NCBI GenBank assembly: GCA_903892515.1
Contig: CAITIS010000001.1
Span: forward strand, 13,552 to 77,551
Origin: an uncultured Planctomycetota bacterium
GTDB lineage: Bacteria; Planctomycetota; Phycisphaerae; SM23-33
DNA: 64,000 bases
Direction: 5' to 3'
The translations under genes and the position numbers were made by a program. Below the pieces are notes generated by a model. The model ran no database searches and was not told where the DNA came from. It saw only the letters and a list, made by a program, of their open reading frames with translations. Of this stretch, positions 36,496 through 46,100 are shown one piece after another. Each line of letters begins with the position of its first letter. Within the stretch, counting starts at the first letter, position 1.

Positions 36496-39378
36496 ATGAT
36501 GCATCGGATTGAAGTTCGGTTGCGTTCGGAGTTGCCCGACCCCCAAGCCCAGGCCGTGCTGCTGCAGGTGGCAGAGCTGGGCATACATAGTGCGCGCGAA
36601 GTGCAGACCGCCCGGCTGTTCTTCCTGGCCGGCGAGCTGAGTGAGGCCGACCTCGACCGCGTGGCCCGCGAGCTGCTGGCCGACCCGGTCACCGAGACGT
36701 ACAGCCTCGCCGACGACGATGGCCAGGGCGAGGGCAAGGTCATCGAGGTGCACCTGAAGGCCGGCGTGATGGACCCGGTGGCGGCATCGACGCTCAAGGC
36801 CATTTGCGACATGGGCTTTGCCGTTGCAGCCGTCCGCACCGCCCGGCGGTACGAGTTCCACGGCCAGGTCGGCCAGGACCAACTGGCCACCATCGCCCGG
36901 AGGCTGCTGGCCAACGATTGCATCGAGGACGCCCACTTCGCCGCGTACACGCCGCCTGAATCGCACGCGGGCCAGTACCAGCTCGTGGTCCACGAGATCG
37001 CCATCCGCCAGCTTGACGACGCGGCTCTGGAGAAGCTCAGCAGCGATCGCGACCTGTTCCTCAACCTCACCGAGATGCGGACCATCCAGGAGCACTATCG
37101 CAAGCTGGGGCGCGAGCCGCGCGACGTGGAGATCGAGACCTTCGCCCAGACCTGGAGCGAGCACTGCGGCCACAAGACCTTCCGCTCCGACGTGTCGGTC
37201 CGCGACGAACGCGGCCGGCAGGTCGAGGAGATTCCCAACCTCATCAAGAGCACCATCTTTGCGGCCACGCAGAAACTGAACAAGCCCTGGTGCATCAGCG
37301 TGTTCAAGGACAACGCCGGCGTCATCGAGTTCGACGAGCAAAACGCCGTGTGCTTCAAGGTCGAGACGCACAACCACCCCAGCGCGCTGGACCCTTACGG
37401 CGGAGCGGGCACGGGCATCGGCGGGGTCATTCGCGACCCCATGGGCACGGGCATGGGCGCCTTTCCCGTGGCCAATACCGACATTTTCTGCTTTGGCCCG
37501 GCAGACCTGCCGATGGAGCAGCTGCCCAAGGGCGTGCTGCATCCGCGGCGAATCATGCGCGGCGTGGTGGCGGGCGTGCGCGATTATGGCAATCGCATGG
37601 GCATCCCCACGGTCAACGGCGCGGTGTACTTCGACGAAAAGTACGTCGGCAACCCGCTGGTCTTCTGCGGCACGGTGGGCGTGCTGCCGCGGAGCATGTG
37701 CTTTAAGGAAGTAAAGCAGGGCGACGCCATCGTGGTCGTGGGCGGCAGGACTGGCCGCGACGGCATCCACGGCGCGACCTTCTCATCCGGCGAGCTGACG
37801 CACGAGCACGAGACGGAATTCTCCGGCGCGGTGCAGATCGGCAACGCCATCACCGAAAAGAAGACGCTCGACACGATCATCCAGACGCGCGATTCGGGGC
37901 TGTACAACGCCATCACCGACTGCGGCGCGGGCGGCCTGTCCAGCGCCGTCGGCGAGATGGGCGAGGAGATCGGCGCCGAGGTGCATCTGGATCGCGTGCC
38001 GCTCAAGTACGCCGGGCTGAGCTATTGGGAAATCTGGGAATCCGAGGCGCAGGAGCGGATGGTCCTGGCCGTACCGCAGGAAAAGGTGCAGGAAATACTG
38101 CGCGTATTCGCCTCCGAGGACGTCGAGGCCACCGTCATCGGCCACTTCGGCACGCCCGAAAAGCAGCTGCGGCTCTTCTACACCGGCACGCTGGTGGGTG
38201 AGATCGACATGCGTTTCCTGCACGACGGCCTGCCCCGGCCAACCAAGGACGCCCTGTGGCAGAAACCCGAGCGGAAGAGCCCGACCGTCCGGGCCGTGCG
38301 CAACTACACCAAGATGCTGCTGAAGGTGCTGGGCTCACCTAACGTCGCCAGCAAGGAATGGATCATTCGCCAGTACGATCACGAGGTGCAGGGCGGCAGC
38401 GTCATCAAGCCGCTCATCGGCGTGACGGGCGATGGCCCCTCCGACGCGGCCGTGCTGCGACCCATCCTGTCCAGCCGGCGTGCCGTCGTGCTGGCGTGCG
38501 GCATGAACCCGCGATTGGGAGACCTGGACCCGTACCAGTCGGCCCTGCACGCCATCGACGAGGCGCTGCGGAATATCGTCTGCGTCGGCGGCGATCTTTC
38601 ACGCACGGCCATTCTGGACAACTTCTGCTGGGGCAACTGCAACAAACCCGACCGCATGGGCTCGCTGGTGCAGGCGGCCAAGGCATGCTACGACGGCGCC
38701 CTGGCGTACGGCACGCCGTTCATCTCGGGCAAGGACTCGCTCAACAACGAATTCCAGACCGAAACCGGCCAGACCATCGCCATCCCGCCGACGCTGTTGA
38801 TCTCGGCCATCAGCGTGATCGCCGACGCGGGCAAGTGCGTCTCGGCCGATCTGAAGCAGGCCGGCAACGTGGTCTTCGTGCTGGGCACCACCACGGCCCA
38901 CCTGGGCGGCAGCCACTTCCTGCTGGCATCGGGCAAGGAAACCGGCACGGACGTCCCGCCGGTCGATACGGTCGGTTCGCGGCGGATCATGGAAGCCGTG
39001 CAGCACGCCATCGCTGATGGGCTGGTGCGGAGTTGTCACGATCTGTCCGAGGGCGGCCTGGCGGTCGCGGCGGCAGAGATGGCGTTTTCGGGTGGGCTGG
39101 GGCTGAGCCTGGAAATCAGCGAAATGCCCGCCACCGGCAAGGTACCCGCACAGGCTCGGCTGTTCGCCGAGAACGCCGGGCGATTCCTCGTCGAGGTGTC
39201 TGCGGCCAAGGCGGAAGAGTTTGCCGCCCGCATGGAAGACCTGGCCTGCGGCCAAGTGGGCAAAGTGACCGACACCGGCCGGCTGTTCATCACGGCCCAG
39301 GGCGATGCGGTGGTCGATGTGGAAATCGCCAAGGCCAAGGCGGCTTGGAAGGGTTCTTTGAACCACAAAGAGCACTAA
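36496..39378 (+). CDS. purL: Phosphoribosylformylglycinamidine synthase subunit PurL with N-terminal PurS-like domain (PurS-PurL fusion)
   Basis: PurL motifs (THNHPSALDPYGGAGTGIGGVIRD); N-terminal ~90 aa resemble PurS; the C-terminal codons are formed by the downstream repeat. Confidence 0.9.
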   Translation: MMHRIEVRLRSELPDPQAQAVLLQVAELGIHSAREVQTARLFFLAGELSEADLDRVARELLADPVTETYSLADDDGQGEGKVIEVHLKAGVMDPVAASTLKAICDMGFAVAAVRTARRYEFHGQVGQDQLATIARRLLANDCIEDAHFAAYTPPESHAGQYQLVVHEIAIRQLDDAALEKLSSDRDLFLNLTEMRTIQEHYRKLGREPRDVEIETFAQTWSEHCGHKTFRSDVSVRDERGRQVEEIPNLIKSTIFAATQKLNKPWCISVFKDNAGVIEFDEQNAVCFKVETHNHPSALDPYGGAGTGIGGVIRDPMGTGMGAFPVANTDIFCFGPADLPMEQLPKGVLHPRRIMRGVVAGVRDYGNRMGIPTVNGAVYFDEKYVGNPLVFCGTVGVLPRSMCFKEVKQGDAIVVVGGRTGRDGIHGATFSSGELTHEHETEFSGAVQIGNAITEKKTLDTIIQTRDSGLYNAITDCGAGGLSSAVGEMGEEIGAEVHLDRVPLKYAGLSYWEIWESEAQERMVLAVPQEKVQEILRVFASEDVEATVIGHFGTPEKQLRLFYTGTLVGEIDMRFLHDGLPRPTKDALWQKPERKSPTVRAVRNYTKMLLKVLGSPNVASKEWIIRQYDHEVQGGSVIKPLIGVTGDGPSDAAVLRPILSSRRAVVLACGMNPRLGDLDPYQSALHAIDEALRNIVCVGGDLSRTAILDNFCWGNCNKPDRMGSLVQAAKACYDGALAYGTPFISGKDSLNNEFQTETGQTIAIPPTLLISAISVIADAGKCVSADLKQAGNVVFVLGTTTAHLGGSHFLLASGKETGTDVPPVDTVGSRRIMEAVQHAIADGLVRSCHDLSEGGLAVAAAEMAFSGGLGLSLEISEMPATGKVPAQARLFAENAGRFLVEVSAAKAEEFAARMEDLACGQVGKVTDTGRLFITAQGDAVVDVEIAKAKAAWKGSLNHKEH

Positions 39379-39560
39379 GAGAAGAACCACAAAGGGCACA
39401 AAGAGAAGACTTGCACAGCAGCAAGAGAAGAACCACAAAGGGCACAAAGAGAAGACTTACACAGCGGCAAGAAGAAGAACTCAAAGGCCACAAAGAGAGA
39501 CCAGGCCAAGAATAAGCCAAGCTGCAGGGTACAACGAGAAGAACAGAGACGACACAAAGA
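39361..39560. repeat. 46-bp tandem repeat (~2.5 units) rich in CCACAAAGGGCACAAAGAG
   Basis: Starts inside the last purL codons; no unique spacers, so not CRISPR. Confidence 0.7.
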
Positions 39561-39565
39561 GACAG

Positions 39566-39970
39566 ATGTTAGAACGATCTGCCAATCCGGTGCCGATTCC
39601 CGTGGAGTTGGATCTCGCATCCAATCGGGTTATTGGCTGCGCTATCGAGGTGCATCGGCATCTTGGGCCGGGGCTGTTGGAGTCGGTCTACGAGCGAGCA
39701 TTGATACACGAACTGCACTTGCAGGGCGTTGACGCGAAACAGCAAGTGGCCGTCAGCGTTCGATACAAAGACATAACAATCCAGGGCCAGCGCATCGACC
39801 TTCTGGTTGAGCCCGGAATCATTTTGGAACTGAAGGCAGTGGACGTTCTGCTGCCGATTCACGAGGCCCAACTGCTGAGCTACCTCAAGAGTACCGGCTA
39901 TCGGCTGGGCCTCTTGATCAACTTTGGAGCTACTACCCTCAAGAGAGGCATCAAACGGCTTGTGAATTAA
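39566..39970 (+). CDS. GxxExxY-family protein (PD-(D/E)XK-like), inserted between purL and purQ
   Basis: 134 aa with GCAIEVHRHLGPGLLESVYERAL (GxxExxY motif). Confidence 0.55.
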   Translation: MLERSANPVPIPVELDLASNRVIGCAIEVHRHLGPGLLESVYERALIHELHLQGVDAKQQVAVSVRYKDITIQGQRIDLLVEPGIILELKAVDVLLPIHEAQLLSYLKSTGYRLGLLINFGATTLKRGIKRLVN

Positions 39971-40005
39971 CTTCGTGCCCTTTGTGCCCTTTGTGGTTCA
40001 AGAAG
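39969..40005. repeat. Inverted copy (CTTCGTGCCCTTTGTGCCCTTTGTGG) of the upstream CCACAAAG repeat
   Basis: Reverse complement of repeat units at 39383-39405; lies immediately after the GxxExxY stop. Confidence 0.65.
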
Positions 40006-40009
40006 ACCC

Positions 40010-40765
40010 ATGAAACCCAGAGCAATCGTTCTAAGAGCGGCCGGTGTGAACTGTGACAAGGAATCTGAGTACGCCCTTTCGTTGGCGGGCTTCGAGGCCA
40101 CGCGGGTGCATCTCTTTCGCGTGATCGAGCAGCCGGCGCTGCTTGACGACGTGCAACTGCTGATGTTTCCGGGCGGGTTCTCCTACGGCGACGACGTGGC
40201 CGCGGGCAAGATCTTCGCCAACCAGATCATTCACCGGCTGGCCGAGCCGCTCAACAAGTTCGTCGCCGACGGCAAGCTGATCCTGGGCGTGTGCAACGGC
40301 TTCCAGGTGCTGATAAAGAGCGGGCTGCTGCCATGGGGCAAGGCCGATGCCGCCAGCGCCAACCAGGACGCCACGCTGGGCTGGAACGACAGCGGCAGCT
40401 TCATCGACCGCTGGATCCGCCTGGCCAGCGACGGCGACAAGTGCGTCTTCCTGAAGCGGGGCGAATCGCTGCAACTGCCCATCGCCCACGGCGAGGGCAA
40501 GTTCCTGACGGCCAGCAAGCAGATCCTCAAGAAGCTGCGCGACGGGCAACAGATCGTCGTGCGCTACGAAGGTGACAACCCCAACGGCAGCGAAGATGAC
40601 GTGGCGGGCATCTGCGACCCCACTGGCCGCGTGTTCGGCCTGATGCCGCACCCCGAGCGCTTCGTGGACATCACGCAGCACCCCGCCTGGACGCGCGGGC
40701 AGGTGAAGCGAGCCGACGGCCTGGTGGTCTTCCAGAACGCCGCGGCGTACCTGAAGAGTTCCTAG
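40010..40765 (+). CDS. purQ: Phosphoribosylformylglycinamidine synthase subunit PurQ (glutaminase)
   Basis: Class I glutamine amidotransferase catalytic motif LGVCNGFQVL; His/Glu at the C-terminus. Confidence 0.85.
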   Translation: MKPRAIVLRAAGVNCDKESEYALSLAGFEATRVHLFRVIEQPALLDDVQLLMFPGGFSYGDDVAAGKIFANQIIHRLAEPLNKFVADGKLILGVCNGFQVLIKSGLLPWGKADAASANQDATLGWNDSGSFIDRWIRLASDGDKCVFLKRGESLQLPIAHGEGKFLTASKQILKKLRDGQQIVVRYEGDNPNGSEDDVAGICDPTGRVFGLMPHPERFVDITQHPAWTRGQVKRADGLVVFQNAAAYLKSS

Positions 40766-40785
40766 AGCCGGTGTCATGCCGGGCT

Positions 40786-40866
40786 GGCCCCGTGGCAGCT
40801 CGGCGAACCCGTGGCGCAGCCCGCGGCCGAACCCGTGGCACAGCCGCCCTGGGCTGTGGCTTTTGC
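40786..40866 (+). terminator. REP-like hairpin cluster (3 degenerate units), copy 3
   Basis: CCCCGTGGCAGCTCGGCGAA / CCCGTGGCGCAGCCCGCGGCCGAA / CCCGTGGCACAGCCGCCCTGGGCTGTGGCTTTTG, 21 nt after the purQ stop. Confidence 0.5.
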
Positions 40867-40890
40867 GGCCATATCGATGTCCTCTCGCGC

Positions 40891-40936
40891 GGTTTCACGC
40901 CCGAGGGCGGACGTACCACGATTATGAAACCAGTTC
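40891..40936. mobile_element. MITE-like element fragment (GGTTTCAC...ATTATGAAACC)
   Basis: Shares termini and the GCCCGAGGGCGG hairpin with 55063-55190. Confidence 0.4.
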
Positions 40937-41003
40937 ATGCTGCGGCCAGCCATTCGTGGCGGGCGCAGGACTCGCCAGAGTCAGCTTTGGCCGCGGGCCG
41001 GGC

Positions 41004-42644
41004 TTACCTCTGCGTCGTGGCCTGGCCCGCCTTGGCTGGCCGGGCGATGAATTCAAGCAAGTCGATCTCCGTCGCACGGGCATCCCCGACCCCTGAGATC
41101 GGAAAGACCTGGGCCTTGCCCGGTGCAAACCGCTCCGACAACTGCTCTATGTACCGCGTCAGCCGGTCACGGGTCGGGCTGCTGCCTTGATTGAGATAGG
41201 CCAGCACCCACACGCGTCCGCTGGTCCCCGGCTGAACATCCGCCGCCGGTGGCGACCACAATACCGGCCCGCGTGCCTGCTGAAGCACGTAGAACTGAAA
41301 GCGTGGCGGGTTGGCCTTGCCAGGCGGGACTTCCTCGCCATAGAGCAGTTCTTTTCCGAACAGCACCACCCACGGCTCGCCCGGAGGCGTGAGCGACGCC
41401 ACCCGCCTCATCGCGCTGCGAAGTTGCGGGTCGCTGATGTCTTTGGTCGGGCGGTTGACGTCGCGGACCATGCCCACAATGGCGATTGCGCCGATAACCA
41501 TCGCCGTTAGCCGGAACCCGTCGGGGCTGAGCCGGCGCGGCACGAGTCGGCGGAGGCAGGCCGAAAGCCCCGCGCCCATCAGCAGGCAGAATGATGGACC
41601 CATGAACAGCATTGTCCGCAAGGCATACCCGTACGGGTACTTCTGGGCCGCCGCCGCCAGCAGGGCCGGAATCAGCGGCGCCAGCAGAAACAACACCACC
41701 TTGCCGTTGCCCGAGCGGCACAGGCTCACGCCGCCAATGACGACCATCAGCAGCGTGAAACTGCTGCCGAAGTTTTTGCTGCCCAGAGGATAGGCCATCA
41801 TCTCACTGGCGTGGATTTCCAGCAGCCACCAGGGAATCAGCCAGGGCTTGGCCATGGGCGGAAAGGCGTAGCGCCAGAAGATCGACGTGTACCACGGGTC
41901 GGCCTGGGCGTGAGGCCGGGCGTACACCCAGTACATGAGCAAGAAACTCCCGCCCGCCACAACGGCCAGGACCGCCAGCCAAAGCCAGGCCCAGCGCTGC
42001 CGCCTGAGCGTGATGAACAGGAATATCCCCATGCCGGCCACGACGAATGCAGCCGTGTACGACAACCAGATCGACAACGCGCTGCCGGCCGTCAGTGCCA
42101 GCCACCACCCTAACCGCCGGGGCCAACGATGCGTCTGCCACGCCAACGCCATCAGCACCATGGCCACCAGCATGTCCGCCGCATACGGCTTGACCTCGGC
42201 GCAATACCGCACGGCGTAGAAGGAAGCCGCCAGAACCGCTACCGCCAGCAAGGCTGTGCGACGGTCCACCAGGCGCGGGGCCCAGCGCCAGAAGAGCAGC
42301 AGCGACGCCGTCCCGCACAGGAACGGAATCAGCCGAACGATCCACTCCGAATAGCCAAACAGCCGCGTAATCGCGATCTCGCTCCACAGGAACCCCAGCG
42401 GCGCGATCTGGCCATAGGCAAGCCGCCCAAAGGCGTCCATCCAGTGGGCATGGAAGAAGTTAACGGCGATGGCCCCTTCGTCGCCCCAGATCGGAAAGCC
42501 CTCGCCGTAACGCACTGCCCGCCAAGCCAGGCCAAGGACAACCAGCACCAGCGTCAGTGTCTCGACCCGGCGAAATGCCTGCGTCAGGACGTGCCGCTGC
42601 AAGAAGCTCCGTTTGGCCGGCGGCACGGATGAAGTTTCTAACAA
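41004..42644 (-). CDS. ArnT/PMT-like glycosyltransferase family 39/83 membrane protein
   Basis: Polytopic; N-terminal loop motif PIWGDEGAIAVNFFHAHWMDAFG typical of GT-C family 39/83. Confidence 0.55.
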   Translation of the reverse strand: MLETSSVPPAKRSFLQRHVLTQAFRRVETLTLVLVVLGLAWRAVRYGEGFPIWGDEGAIAVNFFHAHWMDAFGRLAYGQIAPLGFLWSEIAITRLFGYSEWIVRLIPFLCGTASLLLFWRWAPRLVDRRTALLAVAVLAASFYAVRYCAEVKPYAADMLVAMVLMALAWQTHRWPRRLGWWLALTAGSALSIWLSYTAAFVVAGMGIFLFITLRRQRWAWLWLAVLAVVAGGSFLLMYWVYARPHAQADPWYTSIFWRYAFPPMAKPWLIPWWLLEIHASEMMAYPLGSKNFGSSFTLLMVVIGGVSLCRSGNGKVVLFLLAPLIPALLAAAAQKYPYGYALRTMLFMGPSFCLLMGAGLSACLRRLVPRRLSPDGFRLTAMVIGAIAIVGMVRDVNRPTKDISDPQLRSAMRRVASLTPPGEPWVVLFGKELLYGEEVPPGKANPPRFQFYVLQQARGPVLWSPPAADVQPGTSGRVWVLAYLNQGSSPTRDRLTRYIEQLSERFAPGKAQVFPISGVGDARATEIDLLEFIARPAKAGQATTQR

Positions 42645-42714
42645 GCGCTCACCACCCTTTCGCGCAGGCGCACTTGCTGCGACGCCGCCGGATTGTACTC
42701 AACGCAAGCAGGCA

Positions 42715-42743
42715 TTGACAAGCCAAAGCCATTCACGTACAAT
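42715..42743 (+). promoter_or_regulatory. Near-consensus sigma70 promoter TTGACA-N17-TACAAT
   Basis: TTGACA at 42715-42720 and TACAAT at 42738-42743; a ~220-nt leader with the hairpin CCCGCCGAAAGGCGGC + T-tract precedes the ORF at 42972. Confidence 0.55.
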
Positions 42744-42971
42744 AGTCGATGTAAGAGTAGCGGCAGCATCGCACGTCTTTTGATGTACCCGCCGAAAGGC
42801 GGCTTTGGGCAGTTTCATTTCGTTGAGCGTTCGTGAAATCGAGCGGCAGTGGGGCTGTCGCAGAACGGAATCTAACAGGTCTGTGGTTGCGCCAGTGTTG
42901 TCGATAGAGCTTTTGAACTATCGCAAGGCCTTCACAGACCGGCCGGAACCGCGATTTGACGAGGTGCAGAC

Positions 42972-43313
42972 ATGGCGAACATCGTCCAACAAGACCGTCT
43001 CAGCGAGCAGAAACATCAGACGTTCAGCAAGGTCTGGCGGATCGTCGCGATGGGCTCCAAGCCTCCCGCCGGCCAGTGCGCCATGACCCGCGTCCAGTAC
43101 AAGATCTTCACCAACCGCCTTCACGAGCAAGGCCTGCGCGGCCACCACGCCATCGGCGTTACGGGCATCATCTACGATTACCCGTACATCCACGGCTGCC
43201 AGATGGTCGTGGACGAAGCCAATCACCAGATCACGCTGCAAGCCGACAGCGACTACGCCCTACGCTCGATGGCCGGCAGCCTGCACCTGCCCTCGCGCAG
43301 CACCGCCGATTAA
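42972..43313 (+). CDS. Hypothetical protein
   Basis: 113-aa ORF downstream of a strong promoter; no recognizable family. Confidence 0.3.
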   Translation: MANIVQQDRLSEQKHQTFSKVWRIVAMGSKPPAGQCAMTRVQYKIFTNRLHEQGLRGHHAIGVTGIIYDYPYIHGCQMVVDEANHQITLQADSDYALRSMAGSLHLPSRSTAD

Positions 43314-43422
43314 ACACAACGCCCGGCCTGGCCTCGATAGCCACTCCGGGCGCTGCACGATTACGTCCGATTCTCATGGGCATCGAGCCCCATGAGAGTC
43401 GTCGCCATGCGCGTTTCTTAAG

Positions 43423-43710
43423 CTACACTCCGGTCTGGACAGGCGTCCGGGTCTCAACCCACTCGCCGAGATAGCCTTCGAGTTCGACCTCGGTGATGGA
43501 GTCATACGGCATGTTGTTGGCCTTGAACCAAGCGGCCAGTCGCGTCGCACTCGGGGCCTCGATGACACAGATTCCCGTGCCTTGGGTGAGATTGATGAAA
43601 CTCCGATACCCGCGGATATCCGGATCCTTTTGGAAGCTCTTGACTTGCTGTTCGAGTTCGCCGCGCGTCAGGCCCTTTGGAAGGGCGTGAGATACCATGA
43701 ACTTCTTCAT
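43423..43710 (-). CDS. DUF4242-like small protein
   Basis: MKKFMVSHALPKGLT...CVIEAPSA...W...PYDSITEVE matches the DUF4242 pattern. Confidence 0.45.
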   Translation of the reverse strand: MKKFMVSHALPKGLTRGELEQQVKSFQKDPDIRGYRSFINLTQGTGICVIEAPSATRLAAWFKANNMPYDSITEVELEGYLGEWVETRTPVQTGV

Positions 43711-43788
43711 GTTCGATGCTCCTTGATCCCCCTTTCACCAAAAAATTATAGGCTGGGTGAAGTCAGGAGGGTGCGCCGGCGGATTCGG

Positions 43789-45234
43789 TCACTGCTGCTG
43801 AGACGGCGAGGCTATAGGCTGGGCGGCCAGCTGAACGCGCACACACGAGCGGCCCGGCTCGGAAGTGATTTCCAGGGTGGCGCCGATGGCCTCTGTCCGC
43901 TCCCGCATAGAGTGCAAGCCTTGGCCCGCCCCGGCCTTGTCGGGATTGAATCCGCAGCCATCGTCAATGACCGACAAGTGCAATTGCCCCTGCTCGAAAT
44001 CCAGGTCCAGAAACACCTGCCGGCACTTGCCGTGGCGAAGGGCGTTGGTCAGCGCTTCCTGGGCAATACGGTAGAACGCGATTTCGACCTCTCGGCCAAA
44101 GCGGGCGCCCTCGATTTCCGGCGGGCTGTTGGCCTCGACGGCCGTTTCCGGGCACGCCATGTCGTTCTGAAGCTGCCGAAGAGCGGCGGCCAGGCCAAGC
44201 TCCTCCAGAATCATCGGATACAACGCCCGGCTGACGCGGCGCACGTCCTCCGACAGTTGACGATGCTGGGCTACCAGTTCGGCCAGCGGTCCGGCGGCGG
44301 CGTCATAAGCGCACCGTTTCAGCTCGGTCTCCAGCGCGCGGAGCTTAAGCCCTGCCGCCACGATCTGCTGGCCCACCGAATCGTGCAGTTCGCGGGAAAG
44401 CCGGCGGCGCTCCTCTTCCCGCGCCACGATCAATTGCCGGTGGGCCGCACGCAGCGCCTCCTGGGCCGTGATCCGCTTGGTGATGTCGTGGGATGAGCCG
44501 CAGATGACCTTCCGACCTCCCAGCATGAACGAGCTGCTGTGAATCTCGACGGGAAAGACCGTCCCGTCCTTCTTGCGATGCCAGCGCAGCATCACCCGGC
44601 TGTTCCCCTCATCGAGGGTCTGCCGCATGGATTGCAGCGTCTGCTTCGGCTCGGCGGAGAAGGCGGCACCGGTCATGCCAAGAAACTCGTCCATCTCGTA
44701 CCCGTACAACCGGGTGGCGGCCTCGTTGGCGTCGATGATTTGCAGAGTCTCGGCGTCAAAGAGCATGATGGCATCCAGCTCGCTGGCGAACAATTGCCTG
44801 TAACGTTCCTCGCTCTCCCGCAGGGCCTGCTGGGCCTGCTGGCGCTGCGCGACCTCCTGGCGAAGGTCGGCCACGGACTGCGCCAGCTCGGCCGTCCGTT
44901 CCTGCACGCGCTTTTCCAGCTCACCATGGGCCTTGCGCAACATTTCCTCGCCCTGAATGGCGGCCGCGAAAAGCGGCCCGATCGCCGACAACCCGGCAAT
45001 GAAACACAGGGAGGCGATGATCGCGGCGACTACGTCAGGCATGGTCGGGCCCTTGTCAATTCCCTTGGCAATGCTGATCAAATCCAGCACTCGGCGGATT
45101 GTGACCAACACCAGCCCGGCCGCGATCAGGAGCCAGGCAACGCGTCCGCGTGTCAGCCGGACGAGTCGCAAAGACATATAGGCCGCTACCAACTGAAGTC
45201 CGGCCGCCAGAACCAGCAAAATTGTCGCGGTCAT
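43789..45234 (-). CDS. Sensor histidine kinase, HisKA_3 (NarX/DegS-type) with N-terminal TMs and a PAS domain
   Basis: H-box ELHDSVGQQIV; HATPase (GQGLHSMRER). Confidence 0.75.
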   Translation of the reverse strand: MTATILLVLAAGLQLVAAYMSLRLVRLTRGRVAWLLIAAGLVLVTIRRVLDLISIAKGIDKGPTMPDVVAAIIASLCFIAGLSAIGPLFAAAIQGEEMLRKAHGELEKRVQERTAELAQSVADLRQEVAQRQQAQQALRESEERYRQLFASELDAIMLFDAETLQIIDANEAATRLYGYEMDEFLGMTGAAFSAEPKQTLQSMRQTLDEGNSRVMLRWHRKKDGTVFPVEIHSSSFMLGGRKVICGSSHDITKRITAQEALRAAHRQLIVAREEERRRLSRELHDSVGQQIVAAGLKLRALETELKRCAYDAAAGPLAELVAQHRQLSEDVRRVSRALYPMILEELGLAAALRQLQNDMACPETAVEANSPPEIEGARFGREVEIAFYRIAQEALTNALRHGKCRQVFLDLDFEQGQLHLSVIDDGCGFNPDKAGAGQGLHSMRERTEAIGATLEITSEPGRSCVRVQLAAQPIASPSQQQ

Positions 45235-45360
45235 GAGGCCCTCGTCCCCCGCTTCTAATCTGACCTACAGATTGTACCCTGCCGCAGCGGGAGGCAAATC
45301 AAATACTAGCCCCGCTACAATGGTTCGGCCCAATAGGTTCATCGAAAACGAGGTGGCACA

Positions 45361-45819
45361 ATGGAACTGCAAACGTTTCTGAAGAAGCAGGGCGTGCCGT
45401 TCGAGCTGCACCAGCACGAGACGGCCTTCACCGCCCAACAAGTGGCCCAGGAAGAGCACGTCAGCGGCGACGTGGTAGCCAAGAGCGTCCTGGTCCGCGC
45501 CGGCGACCGGTATCTTTTGTGCGTGCTGCAAGCCAGCCACAAAGTCGACCTGAATCGGCTGGCGGCAGTGCTCCAGAGCGACCAGTGCGAACTGGCCGAC
45601 GAGGCGGAGATTGCGCGACTCTTTCCTGACGCAGAGGTGGGCGCCGAGCCTCCCTTCGGTAAAATGTACAACCTGGAAACGCTGGTGGATGAAGCCCTGG
45701 CCAAGTGCCGGTGGATCACCTTCCAGGCCGGTACGCATCGACAGGCGGTGCGAATGCGTTACGATGATTACGCCCGCCTGGCCCAGCCGAGGGTGGCGAA
45801 CTTTTCGCTCCACCTCTAG
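45361..45819 (+). CDS. YbaK/ProX-type aminoacyl-tRNA deacylase domain protein
   Basis: 152 aa; YbaK-fold pattern (KSVLVRAGDRYLLCVL...PFGKMYNLETLVDE). Confidence 0.5.
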   Translation: MELQTFLKKQGVPFELHQHETAFTAQQVAQEEHVSGDVVAKSVLVRAGDRYLLCVLQASHKVDLNRLAAVLQSDQCELADEAEIARLFPDAEVGAEPPFGKMYNLETLVDEALAKCRWITFQAGTHRQAVRMRYDDYARLAQPRVANFSLHL

Positions 45820-45840
45820 AAAGAGTCAAGGGAGCCGCGG

Positions 45841-46056
45841 ATGACCCAGCAGAAATATGCTCTGTATTGTCCCAAGTGCGGGCGAGTCGAGGGCTTCGTG
45901 CCCGAGTCTTCGGATGAAGGCGGCGATGACGGCATCGGCGAGGCCGATGAGGTGATCTCTGAAGAGGTCGTGCGAACGCCCTCGGGAACAAGCCTCCGAG
46001 TGCGCTGCCCGCGCTGCGGCGGCTGGGTCAAGGGAGACCGCGTCAGGCCCGTGTAA
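45841..46056 (+). CDS. Small zinc-ribbon protein
   Basis: Two CxxC pairs (CPKCG ... CPRCGG) around an acidic linker. Confidence 0.3.
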   Translation: MTQQKYALYCPKCGRVEGFVPESSDEGGDDGIGEADEVISEEVVRTPSGTSLRVRCPRCGGWVKGDRVRPV

Positions 46057-46100
46057 GGCTGCGCCCACGAGGGCTCAGGCCGGAGCCGGTTCATAACCTG

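Noticed and set aside
39361-39560. Possible CRISPR array downstream of purL
   Set aside because: The 46-bp units are directly adjacent without unique spacers, only about 2.5 units are present, and no cas genes are nearby. This is a simple tandem repeat.
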